From contig CAWEDJ010000039.1 in NCBI GenBank assembly GCA_963807635.1, positions 1 to 64,000 on the forward strand: a DNA stretch of 64,000 nt, in the 5' to 3' direction. Source of the stretch: an uncultured cyanobacterium (GTDB taxonomy: Bacteria; Cyanobacteriota; Cyanobacteriia; Cyanobacteriales; Microcystaceae). Each line of letters begins with the position of its first letter. Position 1 is the stretch's first letter. Under the pieces are notes generated by a model. It worked only from the letters and a program-made list of their open reading frames with translations, ran no database searches and was not told where the DNA came from. A program made the translations under genes and the position numbers. Below, in pieces: positions 38,402 to 51,248 of this stretch.

Positions 38402-38989
38402 TTATTTCTTCTTAGATTTTGAGATTTTGGAAGATTTTTTAGATTGTTGCGATCGCCCTGCGGCACTGCGTGATCGCGTTTTTTGAGTTTGGTTTCGTTT
38501 ATAGGCTGATCCGATCCAATCACTGATGGAATGACTCATTGCGCCCAATTCCAATCCGATGATCAGGGCTAATAATGCTTGGGTATCTGTTTGATTCCAA
38601 ACAGGAAATAGTTTTTGTGAATTAATGACCGATTGAAAATTAACATAACCGAAAAAATAGGCGATCGCGGCAATCATCCCCGACAAAATCAAAATGATCA
38701 AACTGATATAAATTAATCGTAGGATCGTACCAATAAGCAAACCATGAGACAGTTGGGAACGGTGACGAATCGCTGAACGATAGGGAATCCAAATCCACCG
38801 AAACCAACCCCACCGTTTATATTGCACAGAATAAATATCCAAATCGGGGCCAAACATCAAACCACTAAACAAAAAACCACCCGTTAGAATTAAAGCTAAT
38901 TTACCGTTTTGGGTCAAAAAATAGCCAATTCCTGAAACGAGAGGAACCGTCCAAAGGGTTATGCGATCGTGGGTTTGACCAGAGGGCAT
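38402..38989 (-). CDS. Membrane metal-binding protein (DUF2227 family)
   Basis: MPSGQTHDRIT, MFGPDLD, HRSQLSHG, GAMSHSISD. Confidence 0.85.
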   Translation of the reverse strand: MPSGQTHDRITLWTVPLVSGIGYFLTQNGKLALILTGGFLFSGLMFGPDLDIYSVQYKRWGWFRWIWIPYRSAIRHRSQLSHGLLIGTILRLIYISLIILILSGMIAAIAYFFGYVNFQSVINSQKLFPVWNQTDTQALLALIIGLELGAMSHSISDWIGSAYKRNQTQKTRSRSAAGRSQQSKKSSKISKSKKK

Positions 38990-39064
38990 AGAGTTTAAAA
39001 AATAAATTTGCGATCGGGGTGATCTAAGAATTGCATTTATGTTATAGTAAGTTTGCGTTAATTT

Positions 39065-39137
<73 letters not shown>

Positions 39138-39210
39138 TTCTTGATATATTACTGTTGTTCTGCGGATAGATATTTGCACGGCAAAAATTATCAAATCTAG
39201 TGAGTAAACT

Positions 39211-39435
39211 ATGTGGCGAGTGAATATTCGGTGTGATGAAGCGGCGTGGAAAGCCTTTGGTGCAGATTTTAAATCCATGACCGCAACCTATCCCTGTGAA
39301 TTAATCGGTTCCCAAAAAATGCCCGATGGTTCACGCATTATGGGCTACAAGATTGAGAGCGTGGACGAAGCCGAAACCTTTCAGGAAATGTGCGAAAAGT
39401 TTGCAGGCTTTACGACGGATTACGAATCTCTCTAG
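39211..39435 (+). CDS. Small hypothetical protein
   Basis: 74 aa ORF with ATG start and ordinary composition; no recognised motif. Confidence 0.55.
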   Translation: MWRVNIRCDEAAWKAFGADFKSMTATYPCELIGSQKMPDGSRIMGYKIESVDEAETFQEMCEKFAGFTTDYESL

Positions 39436-39496
39436 GCAGGGAAAATCGGGACTGATTTTTTGGTAGGATAGCGACATCCAGAGGGGAAGGTTTCCT

Positions 39497-40476
39497 ATGC
39501 CAAAACAACAGCCATCAGCAAAAACTGAGATGATCGAACAACTACAACGCACTATTGAGCAGTTGCAAACGGTTGTGGAGTCATTACAAACGGACTCAGT
39601 GGACAGATTGCCGCCTCAAAATGCTGTTGATAATCTAGTCAGAACCAGCGATCGTTTGCCCTTTCCCTCTCGCCCGAACTTGCGTCAGATGCAGAAAATA
39701 TTTCCTCACCCCAAACTAGACCTTTAAGAACTTCAGCCAACGCGCCCTCTGATGATTCCTGGGTAACGGAGGAAGAGGAAGAAGACATTGAGGGTTTAGA
39801 CCGATTATTGCCGACCTTTGGCGGGTTACAAAATTGGTGGGACGGCGTATTGGTCGGGATTCGGAAATTTTTACCGCGAAAAGTGAATAATAATCTTTCT
39901 GATTGGGGATTAACGAGTTTTCTTGCTATTTTAGTGGTGATAGCTCTGATTAGTTCGGTTTTACTCTTGCCCATCAATCCCCCTGAATTTCCTAAAGATA
40001 TTGCCGAAAATTTAATCAATCAATTGGATGACACGGAAGAATTTCCCCCCGATCTTTCCTCACCCGATGCGATCGCCAATCCGCCCGAATTAGTTGCCCC
40101 TGAACCTGCCCAACCGATTGAACTGAACGAGCCGCCCGCATCGCCTCTGACCCCCGAACAGAGCTTAATTGGAGCGATTCAACAAGAGGTCAAGGATTTA
40201 ACTATTCAATATCCCGATGGCTTGATTTTGGCGATCGCACCCAATTTTTTGGCGAGTCAATTAACAGTTACTTTGAGCAATGATTGGTATGACCTAAGCC
40301 CCCAACGACAAGATAATTTTGCTGATACCATTTGGCAACGTTCCCAAAAACTAGCCTTTCGCAAACTGAATCTCCTTGGCCCAACGGGAGGCTTGCTGGC
40401 TCGTAATCCTGTGGTTGGGGATAAAGTGATTGTCCTGGAGCGACAAGTTCCCAGTCTTGATCGCCCAACCTTGTAG
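39497..40476 (+). CDS. Hypothetical single-pass membrane protein (apparent frameshift ~39655)
   Basis: N-terminal coiled coil ORF joins ORF with TM helix, Pro-rich linker and LTPEQSLI...LLARNPVVG tail. Confidence 0.6.
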
Positions 40477-40698
40477 AGAGGACTGCGATCGCTTTTTTGT
40501 CCATGCCAGAAAAATGAGACAATATTGTTAAATTTTGTAAAAAAATATTGCGGTAGGTTACTGTATTCTGGCTTGATTAAAGGAGAGAATTAGTCGTTAT
40601 TTTGAATTTGAAATAACCGTTGGCTAGATTCGGTCAGTTATCGTCTTTTTCATTCTTGTTATCTATTCAAACATTAAAAATCGAGGGAAAACTTGTCC

Positions 40699-41061
40699 AT
40701 GTTCAAAAAATTATTTGGTGGGAAGAAAAACGAATTTTTTATAGAGTTAGACGAATCCAAGGCTCCCAAGGCAGAATCTCCTGCCCCTGCGGAAGTTGCT
40801 CCCGCTACTGCGGTGAAAGCTGAACCCGTTGCAGCAACCGAAAAGCCCGCTTCAAAGAAAACTTCGGTTAAAAGCAAAGGAAAAACAACCCCAAAAGTAG
40901 AAGCCGCTCCCGTCAAGGTTGCGCCCGCCCCCGTTAAGGTTGAACCCACTGAGGTCAAATTTGCAACCCAAACTTTTGCACCCAGCCTGAGTCGTCGTAA
41001 TCCTGGCCCTAGTTTGGATAAATTCAAAGCAATGGCTCGTGAGTCCAAAAGTGTTCGATAA
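40699..41061 (+). CDS. Ala/Pro/Lys-rich hypothetical protein
   Basis: MFKKLFGGKK.EFFIELDES...RRNPGPSLDKFKAMARE; gaggg RBS upstream. Confidence 0.65.
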   Translation: MFKKLFGGKKNEFFIELDESKAPKAESPAPAEVAPATAVKAEPVAATEKPASKKTSVKSKGKTTPKVEAAPVKVAPAPVKVEPTEVKFATQTFAPSLSRRNPGPSLDKFKAMARESKSVR

Positions 41062-41096
41062 ATTATCACTTTTATTAGGTAAGTAAATGATTTTTT

Positions 41097-41129
41097 GACC
41101 CAGGATTCGTTTTCTGGGTTTATTTTTTT
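41097..41129 (+). terminator. Intrinsic terminator
   Basis: acccagga-ttcgtt-ttctgggt hairpin followed by T-tract. Confidence 0.65.
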
Positions 41130-41442
41130 GTCAACTGCTTTTCTCTATTTTTGCTCCTCTGATGCGATCCCCGACTTGTTAGGAAGCTGACTTTTACCGT
41201 CAAGTCTGAAAACGATGACAAAATAAGGTTTTTAAACTCTCCGATGTTTTCAATAAGCGAGTTTTAATGATAATAGTCGACGAGAGAATAAGACTTTGAG
41301 ATAGAGAGAAATCAAGGATCGCTCAAACAAAAAGATAACGGGAACAGTCAGATTGTTCAATATTTTACAAATCATTTTGTGAACAGGAGAACCTAATGAC
41401 ATAAAATATAATTACTTCTACATTATTGCAATTATTCGTACA

Positions 41443-43534
41443 ATGAAAGCCACCGAAGCTAATTTACTAGATTTTATTAGAAAATCATCTCAGTTTATTA
41501 TTCCAATCTACCAACGCACATACTCTTGGACGGACAAAGAGTGTAAACAGTTATGGGATGATATTATTCGTACTGGCTTAAATGACGAGATTAAAGCGCA
41601 CTTTGTTGGTTCGATTGTCTATATTGAAAAAGGAATATATCATGTATCAAGTCAGTCTCAACTGTTGGTGATTGATGGCCAACAGCGTTTAACGACTATT
41701 ACATTGCTTATTGCGGCATTGGCTAATGCAATCGGCGATCAAGAAATTGCAGAAGGATTTTCAAGAAGAAAGTTAAGGAATTATTATTTACTAAATCCTG
41801 AAGAAGAAGGAGAAATGCACTTTAAGTTAATTCTCTCACAAACTGATAAAAATTCTTTGATTTCTATTCTTAGAAGATCTTGAAAAACCAAAAGATTTTT
41901 CTATTCGTATCTTGGAAAATTTTAATTTATTTTAATCTCTAATTAGTAATCGAAAAGATGATTTAAGAATTATCTGTAAAGGGTTAGCAAAATTACTAGT
42001 TGTTGATATTGCATTAAGCCGTGATCAAGATAATCCTCAGCTTATTTTTGAGAGTATGAATTCTACAGGTCGTGAACTTAGTCAAGCTGACTTAATTCGT
42101 AACTATATTTTGATGGGTCTTGAGCCTCAACTTCAAACAGAACTATATGAAAAATACTGGCGACCAATGGAAATAGAATTTGGTCAAGAAGCCTATGGTA
42201 GCCAATTTGACGGATTTATGCGCCATTATTTAACGGTAAAAACAGGCACTATTCCTAATTTAGGACAAGTCTATGAAGCATTCAAGGAATATGCCAGATA
42301 TTCTGTTGTTGAGCAAGCTGGAATCGAAAAATTGGTAAGTGATATTCGTACATTTTCTCGTTATTTTTGTGCAATGGCTATCGGTCTTGAGCCAGAAAAT
42401 GATCTCAAGTTAGCCTTTCAAGATTTAAGAGAATTAAAAGTCGATGTAGCTTATCCTTTGCTTTTAGAACTTTATCATGATTATAAAAATCAAATACTTT
42501 CTAAAGGAGATTTCTTACAAGCTATTCGATTGGTTGAATCCTATGTATTTCGGCGTGCGGTTTGTGCAATTCCCACAAATTCGATGAACAAAACATTTAA
42601 TACATTAACAAAATCTCTTAAGAAAGAGCGTTATCTCGAAAGCATAGGTGCTTATTTGCTTTTGTTACCATCCTATCGCCGTTTTCCACGTGATGAAGAG
42701 TTTAAAAAGGATTTACAGACAAAAGATCTTTATAAATTTCGTAGCCGTAGCTATTGGATTCGTCGGTTAGAAAATTACAATAGAAAGGAACGTGTTTCAA
42801 TTGATGAATATACGATTGAACATATTATGCCTCAAAATGAAAATTTACCTTCAGCTTGGAAATTAGAATTAGGAGTAGATTGGAAAAGAATTCATGGAAC
42901 TTATTTACATACGCTCGGAAATTTAACGCTTACAGGCTATAACTCTGAATACAGCGATAAATCCTTTATCGACAAACGAGATATGAAGAATGGCTTTAAG
43001 GATAGTCCTCTTAATCTTAACCAAGGACTTGGGCAGATAGAACAATGGAACGAAGGAAGCATTCGCCAACGAGCAGATCAACTTTCGAGCTTGGCACTAG
43101 ATGTCTGGCCTGCACCTCAACTAACAGAAAATATTCTGAATTCTTTTAGGACAACTCCCATATCAGTCAGTTATTCAATTAATGAACATCCTCATTTACT
43201 GTCAGGAAAAATGCGAGAGGTGTTTGAAGCATTCCGAAAAGAAGTTTTAGCTCTTGATTCTTGCATTACGGAAGAATTCCTTAAGCTTTATGTTGCCTAT
43301 AAAGCAGAAACTAATTTTGTGGATGTCGTCCCACAAGCTAAACGATTACGTCTTTCTGTTAATATTCCTTTTATAGAGATAGATGATCCAAAAAATCTCT
43401 GTAAAGATGCTACTAAATTAGGACGTTGGGGGAATGGTGATGTTGAAATTGGATTGTCGTCCCTGGATGAATTGCCCTACGTTATGGGAATAGTTCGTCA
43501 AGCTCTTGAAAGACAGATGGGTGATATAGAATAA
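41443..43534 (+). pseudogene. GmrSD-type (DUF262-DUF1524 plus C-terminal DUF5655-like) type IV restriction protein, disrupted
   Basis: IPIYQRTYSW, IDGQQRLTT, IFESMNSTG, TIEHIMPQ, LGNLTL..YNSEYSDK; frameshift ~41875 and in-frame TAA at 41933-41935. Confidence 0.82.
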
Positions 43535-43701
43535 GAATGATTTGTGATCGCATTTTTGTTTCTAGATTTGAAACTGCGATCGCCTACCACTGAATAATTT
43601 AGAAAGAAATGTAAAATTGATTAAATTTTTCTCTAGAGATTTGCTATTTTAGAGAATCGAGCGTCAATCTTCATTCCTAATTTGTCCCTGCATAAACGCC
43701 C

Positions 43702-45504
43702 ATGTCCCTAATTGTCCAAAAATACGGTGGAACCTCAGTCGGAACCGTCGAACGCATCCAAGCGGTTGCCCAACGAGTTCAGAAAACAGTACGCGATGGT
43801 CATTCTGTGGTTGTCGTTGTCTCTGCGATGGGAAAAACCACCGATACCCTCGTCAATTTGGCCCAGGCGATTTCACCCAATCCCAGTCGTCGGGAAATGG
43901 ATATGCTAGTTTCGACGGGAGAACAGGTTTCCATTGCTCTTTTAAGTATGGCTCTTCAAGAATTAGGACAGGCGGCCATTTCCCTCACGGGCGCGCAAGT
44001 GGGCATTGTCACGGAAGCAGAACATAGCCGAGCGCGGATTTTAGAAATTAAACCCGATCGCCTCAAACACCATCTGGATGAAGGCAAGGTGATTGTGGTG
44101 GCAGGTTTTCAGGGAATAAGTAGTATTGATCACCTAGAAATTACCACCCTGGGACGAGGCGGATCGGATACCTCGGCGGTGGCATTGGCGGCGGCATTAA
44201 AAGCGGATTTGTGCGAAATTTATACCGATGTGCCTGGCATTTTGACCACCGATCCCCGTTTAGTTCCCGAAGCTCAGTTACTCGAAGAAATTACCTGTGA
44301 TGAAATGCTGGAACTGGCGAGTTTGGGCGCGAATGTGTTGCATCCGAGAGCCGTTGAGATTGCCCGTAATTTTGGGGTTTTGTTAGTGGTGCGCTCTAGT
44401 TGGAGTGATGCCCCAGGTACCAGGGTTGTTGCACCGCCCCCGAAACCGCGATCGCTGGTGGGTTTAGAAATTACTAAGGCCGTTGATTCCGTTGAATTTG
44501 ATCATGATCAGGCAAAAGTGGCTTTACTCAGGATTCCCGATCGCCCAGGGATTGCGGCCAAATTATTTGGAGAAATTTCCCATCAACGGGTAGATGTGGA
44601 TCTGATTATTCAGTCAATCCACGAAGGAAATAGTAACGATATCGCCTTTACCGTTGTTAAAAAGATGCTGACCAAGGCGGAATCTGTTACCGAAGCGATC
44701 GCCCCTGCCCTACGAGAACATCCCAGTAATACCCAGGAAGCCGAAGTCATTGTGGAAAAACAGGTCGCCAAAGTCGCGATCGCGGGAGCAGGTATTATCG
44801 GGCGGCCAGGCATTGCGGCCAAAATGTTCAAAACCCTAGCCGATGCCAAAATTAACATCGAAATGATTTCTACCTCCGAAGTCAAGGTGAGTTGTCTGAT
44901 CGATGAATCTCAGGGAGATTTGGCCATTGAGGCTCTGTGTAAAGCCTTTGGAGTCAATCAAGCTCCCCCAACCAACGCCAGTCTGTTCGCCCATTTACCG
45001 CCCGTTCGCGGTGTTGCTCTAGATTTAAAACGCGCCCAAGTGGGGATTCGTCATATTCCCGATCGCCCTGGCATGGCTGCACAAATTTTCATGGCTTTAG
45101 CAGATCACAATATCAGTGTGGATATGATCATCCAATCCCAACGATGTCGCATTATTGAAGAGGTTCCTCGACGGGATATTGCCTTTACCATCGCCGAAAA
45201 TGATATACACACAACTCGAACGGTATTAGAAAAATTAGCAATTAAATTAGGTTTAGGGGAAGTCGTGATTAATGAAGAGGTCGCCAAAGTGAGCATTGTG
45301 GGATCAGGAATGGTCGGTCATCCAGGGGTTGCCGCTAAATTCTTTAACGCCTTAGCTAAGGAAAAAATTAATATCGAAATGATTGCAACCTCGGAAATTA
45401 AAGTGAGTTGCATTGTGTCTCAAGCAGATGCGGTCAGAGCCTTAAAATGTATCCACGAGACCTTTGGTTTGGCGGGGAAAGAGGTGGTTAATGTTCCTGC
45501 TTAA
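43702..45504 (+). CDS. lysC: Aspartate kinase (cyanobacterial type, four ACT domains)
   Basis: [35 protein letters not shown], duplicated DRPG.AA/ISTSE.KVS ACT pairs. Confidence 0.96.
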   Translation: MSLIVQKYGGTSVGTVERIQAVAQRVQKTVRDGHSVVVVVSAMGKTTDTLVNLAQAISPNPSRREMDMLVSTGEQVSIALLSMALQELGQAAISLTGAQVGIVTEAEHSRARILEIKPDRLKHHLDEGKVIVVAGFQGISSIDHLEITTLGRGGSDTSAVALAAALKADLCEIYTDVPGILTTDPRLVPEAQLLEEITCDEMLELASLGANVLHPRAVEIARNFGVLLVVRSSWSDAPGTRVVAPPPKPRSLVGLEITKAVDSVEFDHDQAKVALLRIPDRPGIAAKLFGEISHQRVDVDLIIQSIHEGNSNDIAFTVVKKMLTKAESVTEAIAPALREHPSNTQEAEVIVEKQVAKVAIAGAGIIGRPGIAAKMFKTLADAKINIEMISTSEVKVSCLIDESQGDLAIEALCKAFGVNQAPPTNASLFAHLPPVRGVALDLKRAQVGIRHIPDRPGMAAQIFMALADHNISVDMIIQSQRCRIIEEVPRRDIAFTIAENDIHTTRTVLEKLAIKLGLGEVVINEEVAKVSIVGSGMVGHPGVAAKFFNALAKEKINIEMIATSEIKVSCIVSQADAVRALKCIHETFGLAGKEVVNVPA

Positions 45505-45571
45505 TCCATTTCTGTTGAATTTGTTTGACGTGATTTCTGCGATCGCTTTTTTGACCGTTGAGGAGAATTAA

Positions 45572-46676
45572 ATGCCTCAATTTAAATTTAAGTATGTCGT
45601 TATTTTGGGCTTATTCATTTTCATTCCTTTGTCGATCGCATCGGATTTTTTGCATTGGAATGAGACTGCTATTTTTATTTTATCTGCCCTGGCAATTATT
45701 CCCCTCTCGATCATTTTAAGTACAGCAACAGAAAAAGTCGCTGTGGTAACAGGGCCTTTCCCTGGGCGGTTTAATTAATGCGGTTTTCGGCAGTGCAACG
45801 GTTTTAATTATTACCCTAGTTGCCCTGAGAGAAGGTTTAGTCGATATCGTAAAAGCCAGTATTACAGGTAGTATTCTCAGTGATTTATTGCTTTTTTTAG
45901 GATTAGCAATGTTTACGGGCGGCATTCGTTATAAAGAACAGGAATTCCAACCGATTCTCGCCAGAGTCAATGGTTTATCGATGACCCTCGCTGTCATTGC
46001 GATCGCTTTACCGACCTTGGTAATTAATACCTCCAATATGATCGATGCCAGTATTGTTAAACAGTTGTCCATTGTGGTGGCAACGGTTTTAATTATTGTG
46101 TATGGATTAACGTTATTATTTTCCCTGAAAACCCATAGCTATCTCTACGATGTAAGTTTAGCCATTAAACCCGAAGCAACCGAAGAAAAAGAAGCAATTA
46201 TTAATAATAATTCCTACTATTTAGCCGCCTGGGTCGTAATTTTAATTCTCACAACCATTGCCGTTGCTTTTGAGTCTGAATTATTTGTGGATGTGGTGGA
46301 TGTGGTCGTCAAAGGTTACGGATTAACCCCCCTTTTTACAGGGGTCATTTTATTGCCCTTAATTAGTGATGTTGCTGGGGTTGTAACCGTTATTCAACTC
46401 TCTCTTAAAGATAAAATGGATCTGGTGGTCGCCACTGCCACAGGGGATAGTTTATTAATCTCTTTATTGGTTGCGCCGATGTTAGTTTTTGCGGGATTAA
46501 TCATGAATCAAAATATGGATCTTAATTTTAATCCCTTTGAAGTGGTCGCTTTAGCTGTATCGGTTACGGTTACTAATTTGATTAGTTTTAGTGGGCGTTC
46601 TAATTGGTTAGATGGAACCTTACTGTTAGCAACCTATACGATTTTAGGCGTTGCTTTTTTCTATCATCCCGCCTAA
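45572..46676 (+). CDS. Ca2+/H+ antiporter, CAX/ChaA family (apparent frameshift ~45758)
   Basis: LAIIPLS...ATE, GGLINAVFG, VKASITGSILS, FSLKTHSYLY, GRSNWLDG.LLLATY. Confidence 0.88.
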
Positions 46677-46683
46677 CTTTTCT

Positions 46684-47271
46684 CTAAATTTTTATGGCAC
46701 TGGGTTCATTCATCGCCGCAATAATCCGATGACAGCCCGAATTCGGTTTCGCCCAATGGTATTGATATTCCTGGGGATTGCCCCGACAGAGTCCCAAAAA
46801 AAGTTCCGTTTGCGCCGCGTCAATTTCTGCCCATTCGGTTTCTGCGATTAATTCCAACAAAGAATCCGCACTAATCGGGCGACGATGATGGGCTGTGAGC
46901 CAAAATTCCATGCCCCTTGTCCTTTCTTCCCAAAATGCTAATACCGCAGCTTTGGCATTGATTAAGATTTCCTTGTCTCCCTCAACGGGGATCAATTGAT
47001 TATGCAATTCGGGATAGTGGAGGGAATGGTTTTGAAATCGACATTCTCGCCAAATAATGCCCGATACGTTATGCGATCGCTGATATTCATGAATCTGTCG
47101 TCGAAAATCCTGATAAGCAAAGACTTTCCCCACTTTCTGCATATCGATCGCCTTAGCCACAACGACATTATCAAGCCGTTCAGCCGAAGATAAGAGAACA
47201 CGCTTTCCCTGCCAAGTCGCCCGTAGTTCTTGGTCAAGAATGGTAATCAGTTCTTGGGTGGTATAGGTCAT
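46684..47271 (-). CDS. Conserved hypothetical protein
   Basis: ~195 aa ORF (MTYTTQELITILDQELRATWQG...) with host-like HIP1 sites. Confidence 0.6.
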   Translation of the reverse strand: MTYTTQELITILDQELRATWQGKRVLLSSAERLDNVVVAKAIDMQKVGKVFAYQDFRRQIHEYQRSHNVSGIIWRECRFQNHSLHYPELHNQLIPVEGDKEILINAKAAVLAFWEERTRGMEFWLTAHHRRPISADSLLELIAETEWAEIDAAQTELFLGLCRGNPQEYQYHWAKPNSGCHRIIAAMNEPSAIKI

Positions 47272-47310
47272 GTCGTTACCCATCAAAATACACAATCTTA
47301 ATGACTATGA

Positions 47311-47411
47311 TAAGCTTATCGGTTAGTTCTGATGGGATCATTGATCAAAACCGATTTTCTGAGTTTTATTATTAACAGAATCATTATGCAATCTAAATTT
47401 GTGACAGCTTA
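47311..47411 (+). repeat. Degenerate or partial copy of the ~102 bp MITE-like element
   Basis: 47374-47411 aacagaatcattatgcaatctaaatttgtgacagctta matches the end of the other two copies; taagct 101 bp upstream. Confidence 0.5.
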
Positions 47412-47555
47412 GTAATGTTTCTCTACCCAATGATCGCCCCTTTCCCTTTCATGACAAAATGATAACCTTCTAGATCACAATAAAAAGCGATCGCCTTTTT
47501 TCCATATCACTTTTAATGCGGTTAAAATAGGGGAAGGTATTTCTGGATTAAAATT

Positions 47556-47792
47556 ATGACGCAAATTACAGTTGAACTTCCTGATGAATTGGCAATACAG
47601 ATTCAATCACAAATTGCTCAGGGAGAGTTCAGTAACCTGGGCGAGTATGTTGTGTATCTATTGCAAAAAGAGCAATCACAGCTTCGTTCTACTCAGTTAG
47701 AAAAAATGTTTTTAGAAGGTCTAGATAGTGGAGAATTAATTGAAATAACCGATCAATGGTGGGAACAAAAACGCCAAGAGATTTTATCATGA
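47556..47792 (+). CDS. ParD-like (RHH) antitoxin, orphan
   Basis: ITVELPDEL...IAQGEFSNLGEYVVYLL...LEGLDSGE..EIT..WWEQKR; downstream overlapping ATG gives only 11 codons. Confidence 0.75.
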   Translation: MTQITVELPDELAIQIQSQIAQGEFSNLGEYVVYLLQKEQSQLRSTQLEKMFLEGLDSGELIEITDQWWEQKRQEILS

Positions 47793-48141
47793 ATCACCGA
47801 ATTTTAAGAATCCTGCGTTATTGAGACTATTTTTTCATAATTAAAGTAGTTTATCTCTTTTAGACACAAGTAATACTATTCAATTCAATAATGAGCCTGA
47901 GCAGAAGTCCATTTTAACCTAACGAGATCGCCCCTTTCCTCTTCACTTCTTAAAAAGCGATCGCCTTTTAACTTTACAAAAAGTTCACAGATTAAGGTGT
48001 TCAATTTTTTTAGGGATAGCGTAACACACAAAATTGTATGCTCTTGTAAATAATCAAAAGGTGCATGGCATTTCATTAATGTCTTCTACAAGATTTGACC
48101 GACAAATAAGCGCATCTTAACAATATTGAAAATCTGATCTA

Positions 48142-49164
48142 TCATTCTTGTTCAGAAGATGTGAAAAATTGAGACTCAGCAAGGGTATTTTCCTCATACC
48201 AATTATTCCATTTTTGTTCTTCTTTTTTGTATAAATCAGAATTAATAATTCGAGGACGTATCAACTGTATTTTATTATTGATTTCGTTTGAAAAAACAAA
48301 CCGATGAGCATTTTCGACAATAAATCTTTGGAAATAAATGGCTGTATCTATCGAAATAATAGTCCCACGTAATGGAGGTCTATAACCAATCTGAGTGTAC
48401 ATTAAATGTTGAGGACTAAGAGGGATAAAAATTTCGGTTCCCTTACTTCCCCATCCTCCATTAAAATCATATTCACATTTTTGATTTTTTCCATAGTAAT
48501 TAAGACGAGTGACTGGATTGTCACTAGTTAAAAAACTGAAGTTTTTAGGACTTTTAAGAATTGTCCATTTTTGTTGATGAAGAGCTGATTTAGTATACGT
48601 AAGTAGACGCTGAATCGCAAATAGCCAAGCACTTCTTCCGATCAGAGCTTCATAGTGAACTAAAACATTATCATCCTGATTTTCAGTTTTATTTATGCGA
48701 ATAGGGATTAATTCTTGATATTTTAAACTTTTATCAGATTCTTTAATTAAGTTTTTTTGAATATCGTTAGACATTTTTTTTATATTATCAAATGAATCAT
48801 CTAGAGTTTTCATTAGATCAATACATCTCACTGGTGTTCGGACATCCTGAGCAGCTACAAAATCAATTAACTCTATCCAATCAAGCTCAGAAAGATGTTG
48901 ATCATTAACAGCCTTCGATATTGCTTTCTCTGCTGGAGCTTCAAACTCTGATGCGAACCATTTTTCAATTTCATCTGACTCTATAGAGTTGATATTTTTA
49001 GTATAAAAATTATGATAAATTGGAATTTTTGATATTGCTATTTGTTGCCAAATGGGAACTTTTTTGTGTGAAACAAGTATCCTATATGTCCATATTTTTT
49101 TATGTTGATTACTCCATTTTTTTTAGTACATTTTTGGGACGTAATGATTTTTTCTTTGAAGCAT
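48142..49164 (-). pseudogene. DUF4238 family protein with premature stop at codon 14
   Basis: MLQRKNHYVPKMY*KKWS... stays in frame to FLTSDNPV and IFIPLSPQ; TAA at 49123-49125; AT-rich. Confidence 0.75.
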
Positions 49165-49377
49165 AATAACTTTCCAAAATTGTCGATTATAAAGTCTATG
49201 CGTCTATTCTAACAAATACTCATAATTAATATAACCAGAAGCAATATTAGCATTTGTAAAAATAATAAATACAAGTGAGTAGGATAAAAGCGTGATTTTT
49301 TTTCATATTCATATTTCAAAAACTAAACAATCATAAACTAATATTTCCAATACTCTTAACAGAGGATGCAATGAATA

Positions 49378-49434
49378 TCAAGAAGAAATTACCTCAACTG
49401 ATATTAAAAGTATATCCTCATCAAGGCTGATCGC
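49378..49434 (-). repeat. Distal duplicated clpB 3' tail (AISLDEDILLISVEVISS*)
   Basis: 57 bp, starts gcgatc, 39/57 identical to clpB 52511-52567 by manual alignment, no gaps. Confidence 0.75.
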
Positions 49435-49462
49435 CGATTCTTCTTACTTACCAAAACCTTAT

Positions 49463-51248
49463 TCATAGAAATTTTGCCTCTTTTAAAACCTGATCTTTAA
49501 TAAAACGACTTAACCCCTTCTCTGTAACAATATCAACTTTACAACCTAAAAAATCCTGTAAATCCATCAGCAATCCACCAGGAAACTAAGGAGAAATTCC
49601 ACCTGTAAATAATTAGTTGATGATTAACAAGATTGAGCAGGAAACCAAAGAGAAGTCCAGCAATGATTAAGTTCAGCTACCTTGAGAAAGCTTAAAGCCT
49701 TGCTACCATTCATGCTCCAACTTACACCCTTTTTTTTCTGACGATGACCAACGACCAAATCTACGCCTTTTTCAATGCGACCACTACCAATACTTTTACC
49801 GACTTTTCGCCGACCTTCGTAGTTGATGATTTCTGAGTGATGTTTCTCCAAATAACCAATAAGTTCCAACAAGACCTTGTTATTGCGAGCAACAACCTGA
49901 TGTTTTAAGTAGTTGAGGGCAATATCAGTCTGACCATGCCATAATTGTGAGAGTAAAAACTTGACATGATTGGATTTTTCTTCTTTGTTGAAAGCAATCA
50001 TAGACATCAGATTTCGCACTTTTTTGCATAGGTGATACCAGTCTAAAATCACAACAGGTAAAACACCAAAGATAGCCAAGAGGCGATGGCGAATGACTTT
50101 TGCCCCATCGGTGATAGCAACAATATTCAACGGTTTTGATTCCTTTTGATAGAGGTCGAGAATTCTCGCTCTAACGACTGTCGCAAGACTTATCGGTTCT
50201 TCTACCTCAGTATCAAAAGGAGAAACGAGATATTCAAATCCCCCTTTGGGTGTTTGCAACATTACTACATCGGTAATGACGGCGGGAGTCTTATTCTTGG
50301 TGGTATCTGGACTTGGAGTATGGGCAGTAGATTCATTACGCGAATTACGCTCAGGCTTTTGTCCTTTGACTTGAATACCATCGTCAAATAGGAGAATTTC
50401 TGACTCCTCTACGTTATAAATCTCTACGCTTTTCTTTATCTGAATCTGCTCAGATGTGGTCGATTCTAATGATTCTTGTACAGTTTGTCGGATTTGCTGG
50501 CTATAGGTTTCGGCTTTCCCTTTCACTATTCCCCAAATGGTCTGGTCACTCAATAAGTTTTCTCCTGTTACTCGCTCCACTAATCCAGCCAAATTCTCAT
50601 AACTGAGCCGATTGGCGTAATAACCGCATAATTCCTCTAATCTCTGACTCACAAATCTTTCCTGCAATTGCTCCGATAACTGAAAATAGTTAACTTCTTT
50701 TTTATTCGTTTGATACTTTTGTAAGTAAAACTCAAACTGACCGTGTAATGTTTTTATACAGATTTTTCTCGTACCATTACACCACAAGTTTAGTTTTTTT
50801 TACTTTTTCCGTGAACTCGTTTTGTGCCTGCGCCAGTAAGGCTGCCTCTATTTCAGGCAATACTTTCTGTTTCATCTGTTCTACACCTCCTTCTATGTCA
50901 TGTAAGCTTTGGGTTCCTATTTCCATTGCAAATGGGCTGTTTTGGCTGAGAATATTTCCCATTTCGTTACGAATCACGAATTCTACCGTCACTTTCATCC
51001 TTTTTACTCCTTTTTTTAAGACAATCTGTTTTTTTGCTTTCTCTTCATTTTACCTAATCATCAACTAATTATTTACAGGTAGGAGAAATTTGTTTTAGAT
51101 CATAATCAATTAAAAAATCAACATCACTAGCTTCAGTTTCTTCTCCCCTCGCTACCGAGCCAAAAACTCTTACATTAAAAGCTCCATGCTTGGCCGCGAT
51201 CGCCAGAATATCCTGACGTTTTTCCTGTAGTAATTGACTCAGTTTCAT
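49463..51248 (-). pseudogene. Minimal nucleotidyltransferase (MNT) antitoxin gene, IS-interrupted and with a nonsense codon
   Basis: Removing the IS and one TSD restores MKLSQLLQEKRQDILAIAAKHGAFNVRVFGSVARGEETEASDVDFLIDY...[25 protein letters not shown]...KEAKFL*. Confidence 0.85.
49599..51082 (-). mobile_element. Complete ISKra4/ISLre2-like (Mutator-type, UPF0236) IS with 8-bp TSD
   Basis: 28-bp TIRs c(c/t)acctgtaaataattagttgatgatta; GAGAAATT duplicated at 49591-49598 and 51083-51090; ORF1 50777-50998 and ORF2 49624-50787 (LFDDG, TDGAK, LDWYHL, IGSGRIEK). Confidence 0.9.
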
